Below, piece after piece: positions 34,825 through 42,967 of a stretch of 46,424 nt of DNA. Origin of the DNA: Rhodospirillaceae bacterium (GTDB lineage: Bacteria > Pseudomonadota > Alphaproteobacteria > DSM-16000 > Inquilinaceae). The DNA is taken from contig JAGQRL010000029.1 in assembly GCA_020425485.1 (NCBI GenBank), positions 1 through 46,424 of the forward strand, written 5' to 3'. Within the stretch, counting starts at the first letter, position 1; each line of letters begins with the position of its first letter. A model generated the notes under the pieces. The model was not told the DNA's origin and did no database searches. It saw only the letters and a list, made by a program, of their open reading frames with translations. The position numbers and the translations under genes are program-made.

Positions 34825-35766
34825 ATGGAATTCATCATCATCTCCACGCTGAACGGCGTGATCTACGGCCTGCTGCTGTTCATGGTGTCGGCCGGCCTCA
34901 CGCTGATCTTCGGCATGATGGGCATCCTCAACTTCGCCCATGCCTCCTTCTACATGCTGGGTGCCTATGTCGGGTACACCCTGTCGGCACTGGTCGATTT
35001 CTGGGTCGGGCTGATCGTCGCCCCCTTGCTGGTGGGGGCCGTCGGCATCCTGGTGGAACGCTACATGCTGCGCCGGGTGCACAGCTTCGGGCATGCCCAT
35101 GAGCTGCTGCTGACCTTCGGCCTGGCGCTCATCTTCGAAGAGCTGATCAAGCTGTTCTTCGGCGATTTTCCGGTGAACTACCGGATGCCGGAAGAGCTGC
35201 ACTTCGCCGCCTTCACCGTGTTCGGCACCGACTATCCGTTCTACCGGCTGTTCATCGGCGTGGTCGCGGTGATCATGTTCGTCGCCCTGTTCGTGCTGCT
35301 GGCGCGCACCCGCATCGGCATCGTGGTGCGGGCGGCCGAACGCCTGCCGAAGATGGCCGAAAGCCTGGGCCACAACATCCCGCTGGTGTTCATGGGCGTG
35401 TTCGGCGTCGGTGCGGCGCTGGCCGGGCTGGCCGGTGCGGTGGCCGGTGCCTACTTCCCCACCAACCCCAACATGGCGCTGGAACTCGGCGTCATCGTGT
35501 TCGTGGTGGTGGTGGTCGGCGGGCTGGGATCGCTCAAGGGCTCGCTCGTCGCCTCGCTGATGATCGGGCTGTTCTCGTCCTTCTCCATCGGGCTCGACTG
35601 GTCGCTGGCCAGCCTGCTCAGCCTGATCGGCCTCGGCGACTGGGCGGAATCCGTGGGCGGGCTGCTGACCATGACCATCTCCTCGATCAGCGGCACCATC
35701 CCCTTCCTCCTCATGCTCATCGTCCTGCTGGTGCGCCCGGCGGGCCTGATGGGCGACCGCAATTGA
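34825..35766 (+). CDS. Branched-chain amino acid-type ABC permease (LivH family)
   Basis: 313-aa polytopic protein with a typical LivH N-terminus (INGVIYGLLLFMVSAGLTLIFGMMGILNFAH). Confidence 0.9.
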   Translation: MEFIIISTLNGVIYGLLLFMVSAGLTLIFGMMGILNFAHASFYMLGAYVGYTLSALVDFWVGLIVAPLLVGAVGILVERYMLRRVHSFGHAHELLLTFGLALIFEELIKLFFGDFPVNYRMPEELHFAAFTVFGTDYPFYRLFIGVVAVIMFVALFVLLARTRIGIVVRAAERLPKMAESLGHNIPLVFMGVFGVGAALAGLAGAVAGAYFPTNPNMALELGVIVFVVVVVGGLGSLKGSLVASLMIGLFSSFSIGLDWSLASLLSLIGLGDWAESVGGLLTMTISSISGTIPFLLMLIVLLVRPAGLMGDRN

Positions 35767-35782
35767 GGAGGCCGCGGGTCCC

Positions 35783-37063
35783 GTGAAAACGCCGCTCATC
35801 ATCGCCGCCGTCCTGGCGGTCCTGGCAGGGCTGCCGCCCTTCCTGGACCTCGGCCTGCAGAACGCCCTGGTGAACGTGCTGATCGCCAGCCTGTTCGCGC
35901 TCGCCTTCAACCTGCTGGTCGGCCAGGCCGGGCTGCTCTCCTTCGGCCATGCCGCCTATTTCGGCGTCGGCGCCTTCGCCACGCTGCACCTGATGCGGGT
36001 GGTGGAGGACGGGCTGGGCTTCCCCACCCCGCTGCTGCCGCTGGCCGGCGCCCTCACCGGGCTGGTGGTGGGCGCCATCGCCGGCTTCTTCGCCACCATG
36101 CGCTCCGGCGTCTATTTCGCCCTGGTCACGCTGGCGATCGCCGAGCTGTTCCACGCGCTGGCGCCGCGCTGGCAGGGGCTGTTCGGCGGCGAGGCGGGGC
36201 TGTCGTCCATGCGCATGCCCTGGCAGGGCATCACCTTCGGCTCCACGCTGGAGGTCTATTACCTGGCGCTTGGCTGGGTGGTGCTCTCCATCTGCCTCCT
36301 ATGGGCCTACACCCGCACGCCCTTCGGCCGGCTGACCCTGGCCTTGCGGGACAACGAACAGCGGGTGCGCTTCCTGGGCTACGACGCCCACGCCACCAAG
36401 GTGATCGTGTTCGCCATCTCCGCCATGTTCTCCGGCATCGCCGGGTCGTTGCAGGCGATGTCCAACGAGGTGGCCAACTACTCCCTGTTCTCCTCGCATG
36501 TGTCGGCCGAGGTGGTGCTCTACGCCTTCGTCGGCGGTTCCACCGTGTTCTTCGGGCCGCTGCTGGGAGCCGCCATCTTCACCCTGTTCGCCTATCTGAT
36601 TTCCGACCTCACCCGGTCGTGGCTGCTCTATCAGGGCCTGATCTTCGTGCTGGTGATGCTCTACGCCCCCACCGGCATCGGCGGTGTCGTGCAGTACCAC
36701 GCCCGCCACTGGCCGCGGCTGGACTGGTCGCGGCTCACCGGCCCCTACGCGCTGGGCGGCCTGGGCGGCGTGCTGGTGGCGGGCGCGGCCGTGTTCCTCA
36801 CCGAAACCCTGAGCGTGCTGTTCGACGAGCCCTACGCCGTGGCGCGCCGCGATGCCGGCGGCGGCTACCCGCCGTTCGAGGCGTTTGGCACTGCGTGGGA
36901 TCCGCTGAGCGTGCTCACCTGGCTGGTACCGGTGGCGCTGTTCGCCGCCGGACTGTTCGTGCTGGCCCGTGCGCGCCGCACCATCGCCGAGGAGTGGGAC
37001 GCCATCCGCAGCGACCCGGCCGCCGAGGCGGCGGGAGACGCGGCGGGCGAGGCAACGAGGTGA
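35783..37063 (+). CDS. Branched-chain amino acid-type ABC permease (LivM family)
   Basis: Motif LLVGQAGLLSFGHAAYFGVGAF. GTG start. It has a C-terminal extension. Confidence 0.85.
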   Translation: MKTPLIIAAVLAVLAGLPPFLDLGLQNALVNVLIASLFALAFNLLVGQAGLLSFGHAAYFGVGAFATLHLMRVVEDGLGFPTPLLPLAGALTGLVVGAIAGFFATMRSGVYFALVTLAIAELFHALAPRWQGLFGGEAGLSSMRMPWQGITFGSTLEVYYLALGWVVLSICLLWAYTRTPFGRLTLALRDNEQRVRFLGYDAHATKVIVFAISAMFSGIAGSLQAMSNEVANYSLFSSHVSAEVVLYAFVGGSTVFFGPLLGAAIFTLFAYLISDLTRSWLLYQGLIFVLVMLYAPTGIGGVVQYHARHWPRLDWSRLTGPYALGGLGGVLVAGAAVFLTETLSVLFDEPYAVARRDAGGGYPPFEAFGTAWDPLSVLTWLVPVALFAAGLFVLARARRTIAEEWDAIRSDPAAEAAGDAAGEATR

Positions 37064-37067
37064 GCCG

Positions 37068-37829
37068 ATGACCGCACCCGCCCCCACCCTTCAGTTCGTC
37101 GGCGTCACCAAGTCCTTCGGCCAGGTGTCGGTGATCCGCGGCGTCGATCTCGATGTCCTCGCCGGTGAGCGCCACGCGGTGATCGGCCCCAACGGTGCCG
37201 GCAAGTCCACGCTGTTCAACCTGGTCTCCGGCCTGTTTCCGTTGAGCGACGGCGACATCCTGCTCAGGGGCCGCAGCATCGCCGGCCAGCCGCCCCACCG
37301 CATCAACCGCAGCGGGCTGGCGCGCTCCTTCCAGATCACCAACATCTTCCACCGCCTCAGTGTGTTCGAGAACCTGCGCATCGGCGTGCTGGCACGCCAC
37401 GGCGTGCGCTACGGGCTGTTCCGCCCGGTTTCCCGCCTGCGCCGGATCAACGAGGAAACCCGCGAGATCCTCTCGCTGGTGCGCCTGGAGGCGCGGGCCG
37501 ACGACATGGCCGGCGACCTCACCTATTCCGAACAGCGGGCGCTGGAGATCGGCATGACGCTGACCACCGGTGCCGACGTGATCCTGCTGGACGAACCCAC
37601 CGCCGGCATGTCGCGCGACGAAACCGCCCGCGCCGTGGAGCTGATCCGCGACGTCACCCAGGGCAAGACCCTGCTGATGGTGGAACACGACATGAGCGTG
37701 GTGTTCAGCCTGTGCGACCGCGTGTCGGTGCTGGTGTACGGCGAGATCCTGGCCACCGACACGCCGCAGGCCATCAGCGCCAACCGCGAGGTGCAGCAGG
37801 CCTATCTGGGCGAGGAGGCCGCCCCATGA
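37068..37829 (+). CDS. ABC transporter ATP-binding protein (LivG family)
   Basis: Motifs GPNGAGKSTLFN, YSEQRALEIGM, ILLDEPTAGM. Confidence 0.9.
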   Translation: MTAPAPTLQFVGVTKSFGQVSVIRGVDLDVLAGERHAVIGPNGAGKSTLFNLVSGLFPLSDGDILLRGRSIAGQPPHRINRSGLARSFQITNIFHRLSVFENLRIGVLARHGVRYGLFRPVSRLRRINEETREILSLVRLEARADDMAGDLTYSEQRALEIGMTLTTGADVILLDEPTAGMSRDETARAVELIRDVTQGKTLLMVEHDMSVVFSLCDRVSVLVYGEILATDTPQAISANREVQQAYLGEEAAP

Positions 37830-38536
37830 GCCTTCTGGAACTCAGCGGCCTGCACGCCCATTACGGCAAGAGCCACATCCTGCACGGCGTCGACCTGGCG
37901 GTGCCGGAAGCCACCATCGTTTCCCTGCTCGGGCGCAACGGCTCGGGCCGCTCCACCACCTTGAAGGCGATCATGGGCCTGGTGCGGCCCTCGGCCGGCA
38001 CGGTCACCCTGGCCGGCCGCGACCTGACCGGCCGGCGGCCCTACGACATCTGCCGCCAGGGCATCGGCTTCGTGCCGGAAGAGCGCCTGGTCTTCCCCAA
38101 CCTCACCGTTGAGGAAAACCTGGTGATGGGCGTGCAGAAGGCCCCGGCCGGCGTGCCCGCCTGGACCATCGCGGAAATGTACGACTACTTCCCGCGCCTG
38201 AAGGAGCGCGGCACCATCCGCGCCGGCTACCTGTCCGGCGGCGAACAGCAGATGCTGACGATCTGCCGCTCGCTGCTCGGCAATCCGCGCGTGCTGCTGA
38301 TCGACGAGCCGACGGAGGGCCTCGCCCCCCAGATCGTCGACGTCGTCATGGAAGTGATCCTCGACATCGGCCGCCGCGGCATCGCGGTGGTGCTGGTGGA
38401 GCAGAAGCTGACCATCGCGCTGAAGGTCGCCGCCCGCGTGATGGTGATGGGCCACGGCGAGATCGTGTTCAACGGCACCCCCGATGAATTGGCCGAGAAC
38501 CCGGATGTCCGGCACGCCTGGCTGGAGGTGGCCTGA
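37826..38536 (+). CDS. ABC transporter ATP-binding protein (LivF family)
   Basis: Motifs GRNGSGRSTTL, LSGGEQQML, LLIDEPTEGLAP. ATGA overlap with the livG-like gene. Confidence 0.9.
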   Translation: MSLLELSGLHAHYGKSHILHGVDLAVPEATIVSLLGRNGSGRSTTLKAIMGLVRPSAGTVTLAGRDLTGRRPYDICRQGIGFVPEERLVFPNLTVEENLVMGVQKAPAGVPAWTIAEMYDYFPRLKERGTIRAGYLSGGEQQMLTICRSLLGNPRVLLIDEPTEGLAPQIVDVVMEVILDIGRRGIAVVLVEQKLTIALKVAARVMVMGHGEIVFNGTPDELAENPDVRHAWLEVA

Positions 38537-38620
38537 CATGGCGCCCCGGCACAGCCCGACGGCACCGCGGCCCGGCACCCCCATGCGGCAACCCGCCGGC
38601 GTGAAGCGAGGACGTGAGTG

Positions 38621-39409
38621 ATGAACCTGATTGACCGGATGCGCCCGCGGCCCCGGCTGCGCGTGCTGGTAACCGCGGGGGCCGCGGGGATCGGCGCGGT
38701 GATCGCAGAGGGGTTCCTGCAGGCGGGCGCCCAGGTTCTGATCTGCGATATCGATGCCGCCGCCCTGGCCGGCTTCGCCGCAGCCCACCCCGAGGTGCTG
38801 ACCAGCGAGACCGACGTGTCCGATGCCGCAGCGGTGGAGCACCTGTTTGAGGAGGTCACCGCGCGCCTCGGCGGGCTCGACGTGCTGGTTAACAATGCCG
38901 GGGTGGCCGGCCCCACCGGCCCGGTGGACCAGCTTGCGATCGACGAGATCCGCCGCACCTTCGATGTCGACCTGATGGGCCAGTTCCAGGTGGTGCGCCT
39001 GGCGGTGCCGATGCTGCGGGCCAGCGGCGACGGGGCGATTATCAACATGTCGTCGGTGGCCGGCCGCCTCGGCTACCCGCTGCGCACACCCTATGCGGCG
39101 GCCAAATGGGGCGTGGTGGGGTTCACCGCCAGCCTGGCCAAGGAGCTGGGGCCTGACGGCATCCGCGTGAACGCCATCCTGCCCGGCGTGGTGCGCGGCC
39201 CCCGCATCGAGCGCGTGATCCGCGACCGCGCGGTGGCGGCCGGCGTATCCTACGAGGATATGGAAGCCCAGTACCTGAAGCTCAGCTCGCTGCGCCGCAT
39301 GGTGGAACCGGAGGATATCGCCACCATGGCGCTGTTCCTGTGCTCGCCGGCCGGGGCCAACATTTCCGGCCAGGCCATCAGCGTGTGCGCCAACGTCGAA
39401 ACCCTGTGA
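38621..39409 (+). CDS. SDR family oxidoreductase (3-hydroxyacid/3-oxoacyl reductase-like)
   Basis: Motifs VTAGAAGIGAVIA, NNAGVAG, SSVAG ... YAAAKWGVVG. A GTG one codon upstream (38618) is an alternative start. Confidence 0.85.
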   Translation: MNLIDRMRPRPRLRVLVTAGAAGIGAVIAEGFLQAGAQVLICDIDAAALAGFAAAHPEVLTSETDVSDAAAVEHLFEEVTARLGGLDVLVNNAGVAGPTGPVDQLAIDEIRRTFDVDLMGQFQVVRLAVPMLRASGDGAIINMSSVAGRLGYPLRTPYAAAKWGVVGFTASLAKELGPDGIRVNAILPGVVRGPRIERVIRDRAVAAGVSYEDMEAQYLKLSSLRRMVEPEDIATMALFLCSPAGANISGQAISVCANVETL

Positions 39410-39453
39410 GTTTCAAGAAGCCCGCGTAAGAGACCGCGTCAGAGAGAGAACCC

Positions 39454-40389
39454 ATGGCCCAGAGCCCCCGCAAGGTCATCATCACCTGTGCCGTCACCGG
39501 CGGCATCCACACGCCCAGCATGTCGCCGCACCTGCCGATCACCCCCAACGAGATCGCCGAGGCGGCCATCGGTGCTGCCGAAGCGGGGGCGGCCATCATC
39601 CACCTGCACGCACGCAACCCGGAGGACGGCCGGCCCAACCAGTCCCCCGAAGCGTTCGGCGAGTTCCTGCCGCGCATCAAGCAGTCCACCAACGCCGTGG
39701 TGAACCTGACCACCGGCGGCAGCCCGACCATGCTGGCCGAAGAGCGGGTGCAGCCCGCACTGCGCTTCAAGCCGGAGGTAGCCTCGCTCAACATGGGCTC
39801 GATGAACTTCGCGCTGTTCCCCATGCTGAACCGCTACAAGGAGTTCAAACACGCCTGGGAGCCGGAATACCTGGAAAAGACGCGCGACGTGGTGTTCCGC
39901 AACACCTTCAAGGACATCGAATACATCCTCAGCTCGTGCTCGGACAACGGCACCCGCTTCGAGTTCGAGTGCTACGACATCAGCCACCTCTACAACCTCG
40001 CCCATTTCCTCGACCGCGGGCTGGTGAAGCCGCCGCTGTTCGTGCAGTCGGTGTTCGGCATCCTCGGCGGCATCGGCACCCACCCCGAAGACGTGATCCA
40101 CATGCGCCGCACCGCCGACCGGCTGTTCGGCGATGCCTATCGCTGGTCGGTGCTGGGTGCCGGGCGCGCCCAGATCCCCATCCTCACCATGGCCGCGGCA
40201 ATGGGCGGCAATGTGCGCGTGGGGCTGGAGGATTCGCTGTGGATCGGCCCCGGCCAGCTTGCCGAAAGCAACGCCGCCCAGGTGCGCCGCATCCGCCAGG
40301 TGCTGGAAGGGCTGGGCCTGGAGGTGGCGACGCCGGACGAGGCGCGCGAGATCCTCTCGCTGAAGGGCGGCGATCAGGTCGAATTCTGA
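39454..40389 (+). CDS. Beta-keto acid cleavage enzyme (BKACE/DUF849; 3-keto-5-aminohexanoate cleavage enzyme family)
   Basis: Family N-terminus VIITCAVTGG ... PITPNEIAEAAIGAAEAGAAIIHLHARNPEDGRP with the zinc HxH motif. TIM-barrel length of 311 aa. Confidence 0.85.
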   Translation: MAQSPRKVIITCAVTGGIHTPSMSPHLPITPNEIAEAAIGAAEAGAAIIHLHARNPEDGRPNQSPEAFGEFLPRIKQSTNAVVNLTTGGSPTMLAEERVQPALRFKPEVASLNMGSMNFALFPMLNRYKEFKHAWEPEYLEKTRDVVFRNTFKDIEYILSSCSDNGTRFEFECYDISHLYNLAHFLDRGLVKPPLFVQSVFGILGGIGTHPEDVIHMRRTADRLFGDAYRWSVLGAGRAQIPILTMAAAMGGNVRVGLEDSLWIGPGQLAESNAAQVRRIRQVLEGLGLEVATPDEAREILSLKGGDQVEF

Positions 40390-40504
40390 GGCCCGGTGCC
40401 GCCGGCCCGTGCAGTTCTGGCCTGCGCCTTGCGCGCCCGCTCCCAGGTCGTGAGGCGCAGCATCACCGTGCTACCTAAGATGGTCCCCGCCGCGGAGCCG
40501 ACCG

Positions 40505-40948
40505 ATGCCCGATGACGCCAAGCCCGAGCTGCCGACCCTCGACCAGTTCGCCCACCACAGCTACGACAAGCTGCGCTACCGCGATACCGACCGGCAGGGC
40601 CATGTGAACAACGCGGTGTTCGCCACCCTGCTGGATACCGGGCGCACCGAGCTGTTCTACAACCCCGACCGCCCCTTCGCGGATATCGGCTGCAGCTTCG
40701 TCACCGCGCGGCTGACCATCGATTTTCTGGCGGAGATCCACTGGCCCGGCCGTGTCGATGTCGGCACCCGCATCGGCCGCATCGGCCGCAGCTCCACCAC
40801 GGTGGAACAGGCCCTGTTCCAGGATGGCCGCTGTGTGGCCACCGCCACCGCCATCGTCGTCCAGGTCGGTGCCGATGGCCGCGGGCATCCGTTCTCCCAG
40901 CATGCCGTCGACGTGCTGACCGGCTACGCCCCCAACCTGGCGCAATAG
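40505..40948 (+). CDS. Hotdog-fold acyl-CoA thioesterase (4HBT/YbgC-like)
   Basis: RYRDTDRQGHVNNAVF catalytic Asp context. 147 aa. Confidence 0.8.
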   Translation: MPDDAKPELPTLDQFAHHSYDKLRYRDTDRQGHVNNAVFATLLDTGRTELFYNPDRPFADIGCSFVTARLTIDFLAEIHWPGRVDVGTRIGRIGRSSTTVEQALFQDGRCVATATAIVVQVGADGRGHPFSQHAVDVLTGYAPNLAQ

Positions 40949-40975
40949 GCTCCCGCCGATCGGCACCGCCGCCCC

Positions 40976-41692
40976 TCAGGGCAGCTTGGGCAGGCCCGTG
41001 GCCGCGGCCGCTTCGTATTCCGATTTGTAGTACCGGTGGATCCAGAAATGGGCCGAGCGGATATCCAGCGCGATGGCCCGCCTGGCCGAGGCCCGATCGC
41101 GCCGCGCAATGGCGTCGATGGCGTCGTCGTGCACCTTGTAGCCGATCTCGAAGATCTTGAAGAACTTGTCGGTGTCGGACCGCAGCATGGCGAGGATCGG
41201 CCCGGTCCGCAGCCACAGGCTGGAGATGATGTCCAGAAGCTGGGGATAGGCCGCCGCCTTGTAGATTTCGAAATGGAAGGACTGATTGCCCGACAGCGCC
41301 CCTTCCAGGTCCGACGCCCTGAGGGCCTCGCGCATGGCGTTGTTGTGGAATTTCAGGCGATCGACGAGCAACGGATCCTTGGACGAGCACGCCTTTTCCG
41401 TGGCAAAGCCCTCAACCTCGATCCTGATGCGAATATATTCTTCGTGGACGCTGTCCACGTAGGACGCGACGCGCAGCAGCCGGTCGGACGACTGTTCCAG
41501 CGCCTTTTCCGCCACCAGCCGCTTGGTCGCCTCGCGCACCGGCATGGGGCTGGTGCCGAACGCCTCCGCCAGCCGCCGGATCGACACCGGCTCGCCCGGC
41601 AGGAACTGGCCCTTCAGCAGAGCCAGGCGAAGGCTCTGGTAGACCCGTTCCTGCACCGTGGTCACATCCACCGGTGCCAGCTCGATGTTCAT
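40976..41692 (-). CDS. GntR family transcriptional regulator (FCD subfamily)
   Basis: wHTH region VSIRRLAEAFGTSPMPVREATKRLVAEKAL plus a helical C-terminal domain. Confidence 0.85.
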   Translation of the reverse strand: MNIELAPVDVTTVQERVYQSLRLALLKGQFLPGEPVSIRRLAEAFGTSPMPVREATKRLVAEKALEQSSDRLLRVASYVDSVHEEYIRIRIEVEGFATEKACSSKDPLLVDRLKFHNNAMREALRASDLEGALSGNQSFHFEIYKAAAYPQLLDIISSLWLRTGPILAMLRSDTDKFFKIFEIGYKVHDDAIDAIARRDRASARRAIALDIRSAHFWIHRYYKSEYEAAAATGLPKLP

Positions 41693-41906
41693 GTCACGCT
41701 TCCGAGACGTTCAACGCGCGAAATCCCACCCCCGTCGTCCCCACGAGAGTTAGAGCGTTCTTGCCCGTAGGAGTTATAGCGAAAATCACCACTGGCCACT
41801 CAGGTCAGACCCGCCACTCGCCAGCCCATCCAATATCTTACAAAGGCTTACATGGCTAGGTTGCTCGGGATTGTTCAAGGGCAGCTCGTCTAGTGTGGGC
41901 TCTGAC

Positions 41907-42962
41907 CTAGTAGTCTCTCGCGACTCTGAAGCCGATATCGTTGAGGCCAGTGGTCGAACTCCAGGGAAATCGGATCATGGTTCGAACCGTCATCAACGGA
42001 CGGTATGCCCATGAAACGCCAAAGGGCATGCGCTGAGAGCAATCGCCCTCTAGCGAAGGGCGCGCCGTCTCCGACGGATATCTGAACATCTGCCCATTCC
42101 AGCAATCCTCTGTCCACTCTCGAACATTCCCGGCTATGTCATAGAGGCTGCGGAAATCCGGGTCAAACTGATGAACGGGAGAGGTATGGCTAAATCCATC
42201 CTGACAGCCAGCCAACTCCCAGCCTTGATAATATTCCTCAGCAGATTGGTCCGGAATATTAGCTCCAGGACAGACGGTTTCTGCAAAGAATATTGTAAAA
42301 TATGTCTCTAAGCTTGAAGAGTACTCGACTTCAGCTTCCGTCGGCAGGCGATAGGACTGAGATGTCAGGTTCGAGAGCCATTGTGCGTAGGCCTGGGCGT
42401 CGTCCCAACTCACGCAGACCACCGGGTGATCCTGCCCTTGCGAAAACCCCGGATTCTGCCAGTTCAAACTCAGCGATGGGTCATATGACACCGGGATCTC
42501 GCGGCCGACAGCGTTGGTCCAGGCGCTGCACTGGTCGGCACTCCTGTGCCCGGTAGCGGCAACAAATGTCGCGTACTGCTGGACCGTGACTTCGGTCCGA
42601 GCGAGGGCAAACCGGCCGATCGAGGTGTAGGTTACCGGTGCATCGTCGTCGATCACCCGGCCCCCAACGATGGTGGGCGGATTGGGCATCGTGCCCGACT
42701 GGATGGCGACCATCTCAGGACAAGCCGGACAATCGCGAAAGGTTTGCCCGGGTACAGGTGCCGGCCTTGACGGATACTCCGGTTGGCCATAATCCGGACC
42801 AAGAAGATCTTCGAAGGATTGCGCGACGGCCGGCGCATTCAGCGTCGCAAGAACAACGACGGCCGCCAATGCAAAGATCGTTCGCCCCCAGATAGATCGA
42901 TTGCCCATCCGGCGGATAGTCGCACGCGCTGGCGATGACGTAGGCCCCTTCTTGTCAACCAT
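41907..42962 (-). CDS. Secreted FGE-sulfatase-fold (SUMF1/EgtB/PvdO family) protein lacking the FGE catalytic Cys pair
   Basis: Signal-like segment IFALAAVVVLATLNAPAVAQS. Family motifs FRDCPACPEMVAI, ARTEVTVQQYATF, HPVVCVSWDDAQAYAQWLS, YRLPTEAEVEY, GNVREWTEDCW, IGFRVARD. The start is 5 nt after the kinase stop. An alternative ATG lies at 42908. Confidence 0.8.
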   Translation of the reverse strand: MVDKKGPTSSPARATIRRMGNRSIWGRTIFALAAVVVLATLNAPAVAQSFEDLLGPDYGQPEYPSRPAPVPGQTFRDCPACPEMVAIQSGTMPNPPTIVGGRVIDDDAPVTYTSIGRFALARTEVTVQQYATFVAATGHRSADQCSAWTNAVGREIPVSYDPSLSLNWQNPGFSQGQDHPVVCVSWDDAQAYAQWLSNLTSQSYRLPTEAEVEYSSSLETYFTIFFAETVCPGANIPDQSAEEYYQGWELAGCQDGFSHTSPVHQFDPDFRSLYDIAGNVREWTEDCWNGQMFRYPSETARPSLEGDCSQRMPFGVSWAYRPLMTVRTMIRFPWSSTTGLNDIGFRVARDY

Positions 42963-42967
42963 GGTCG

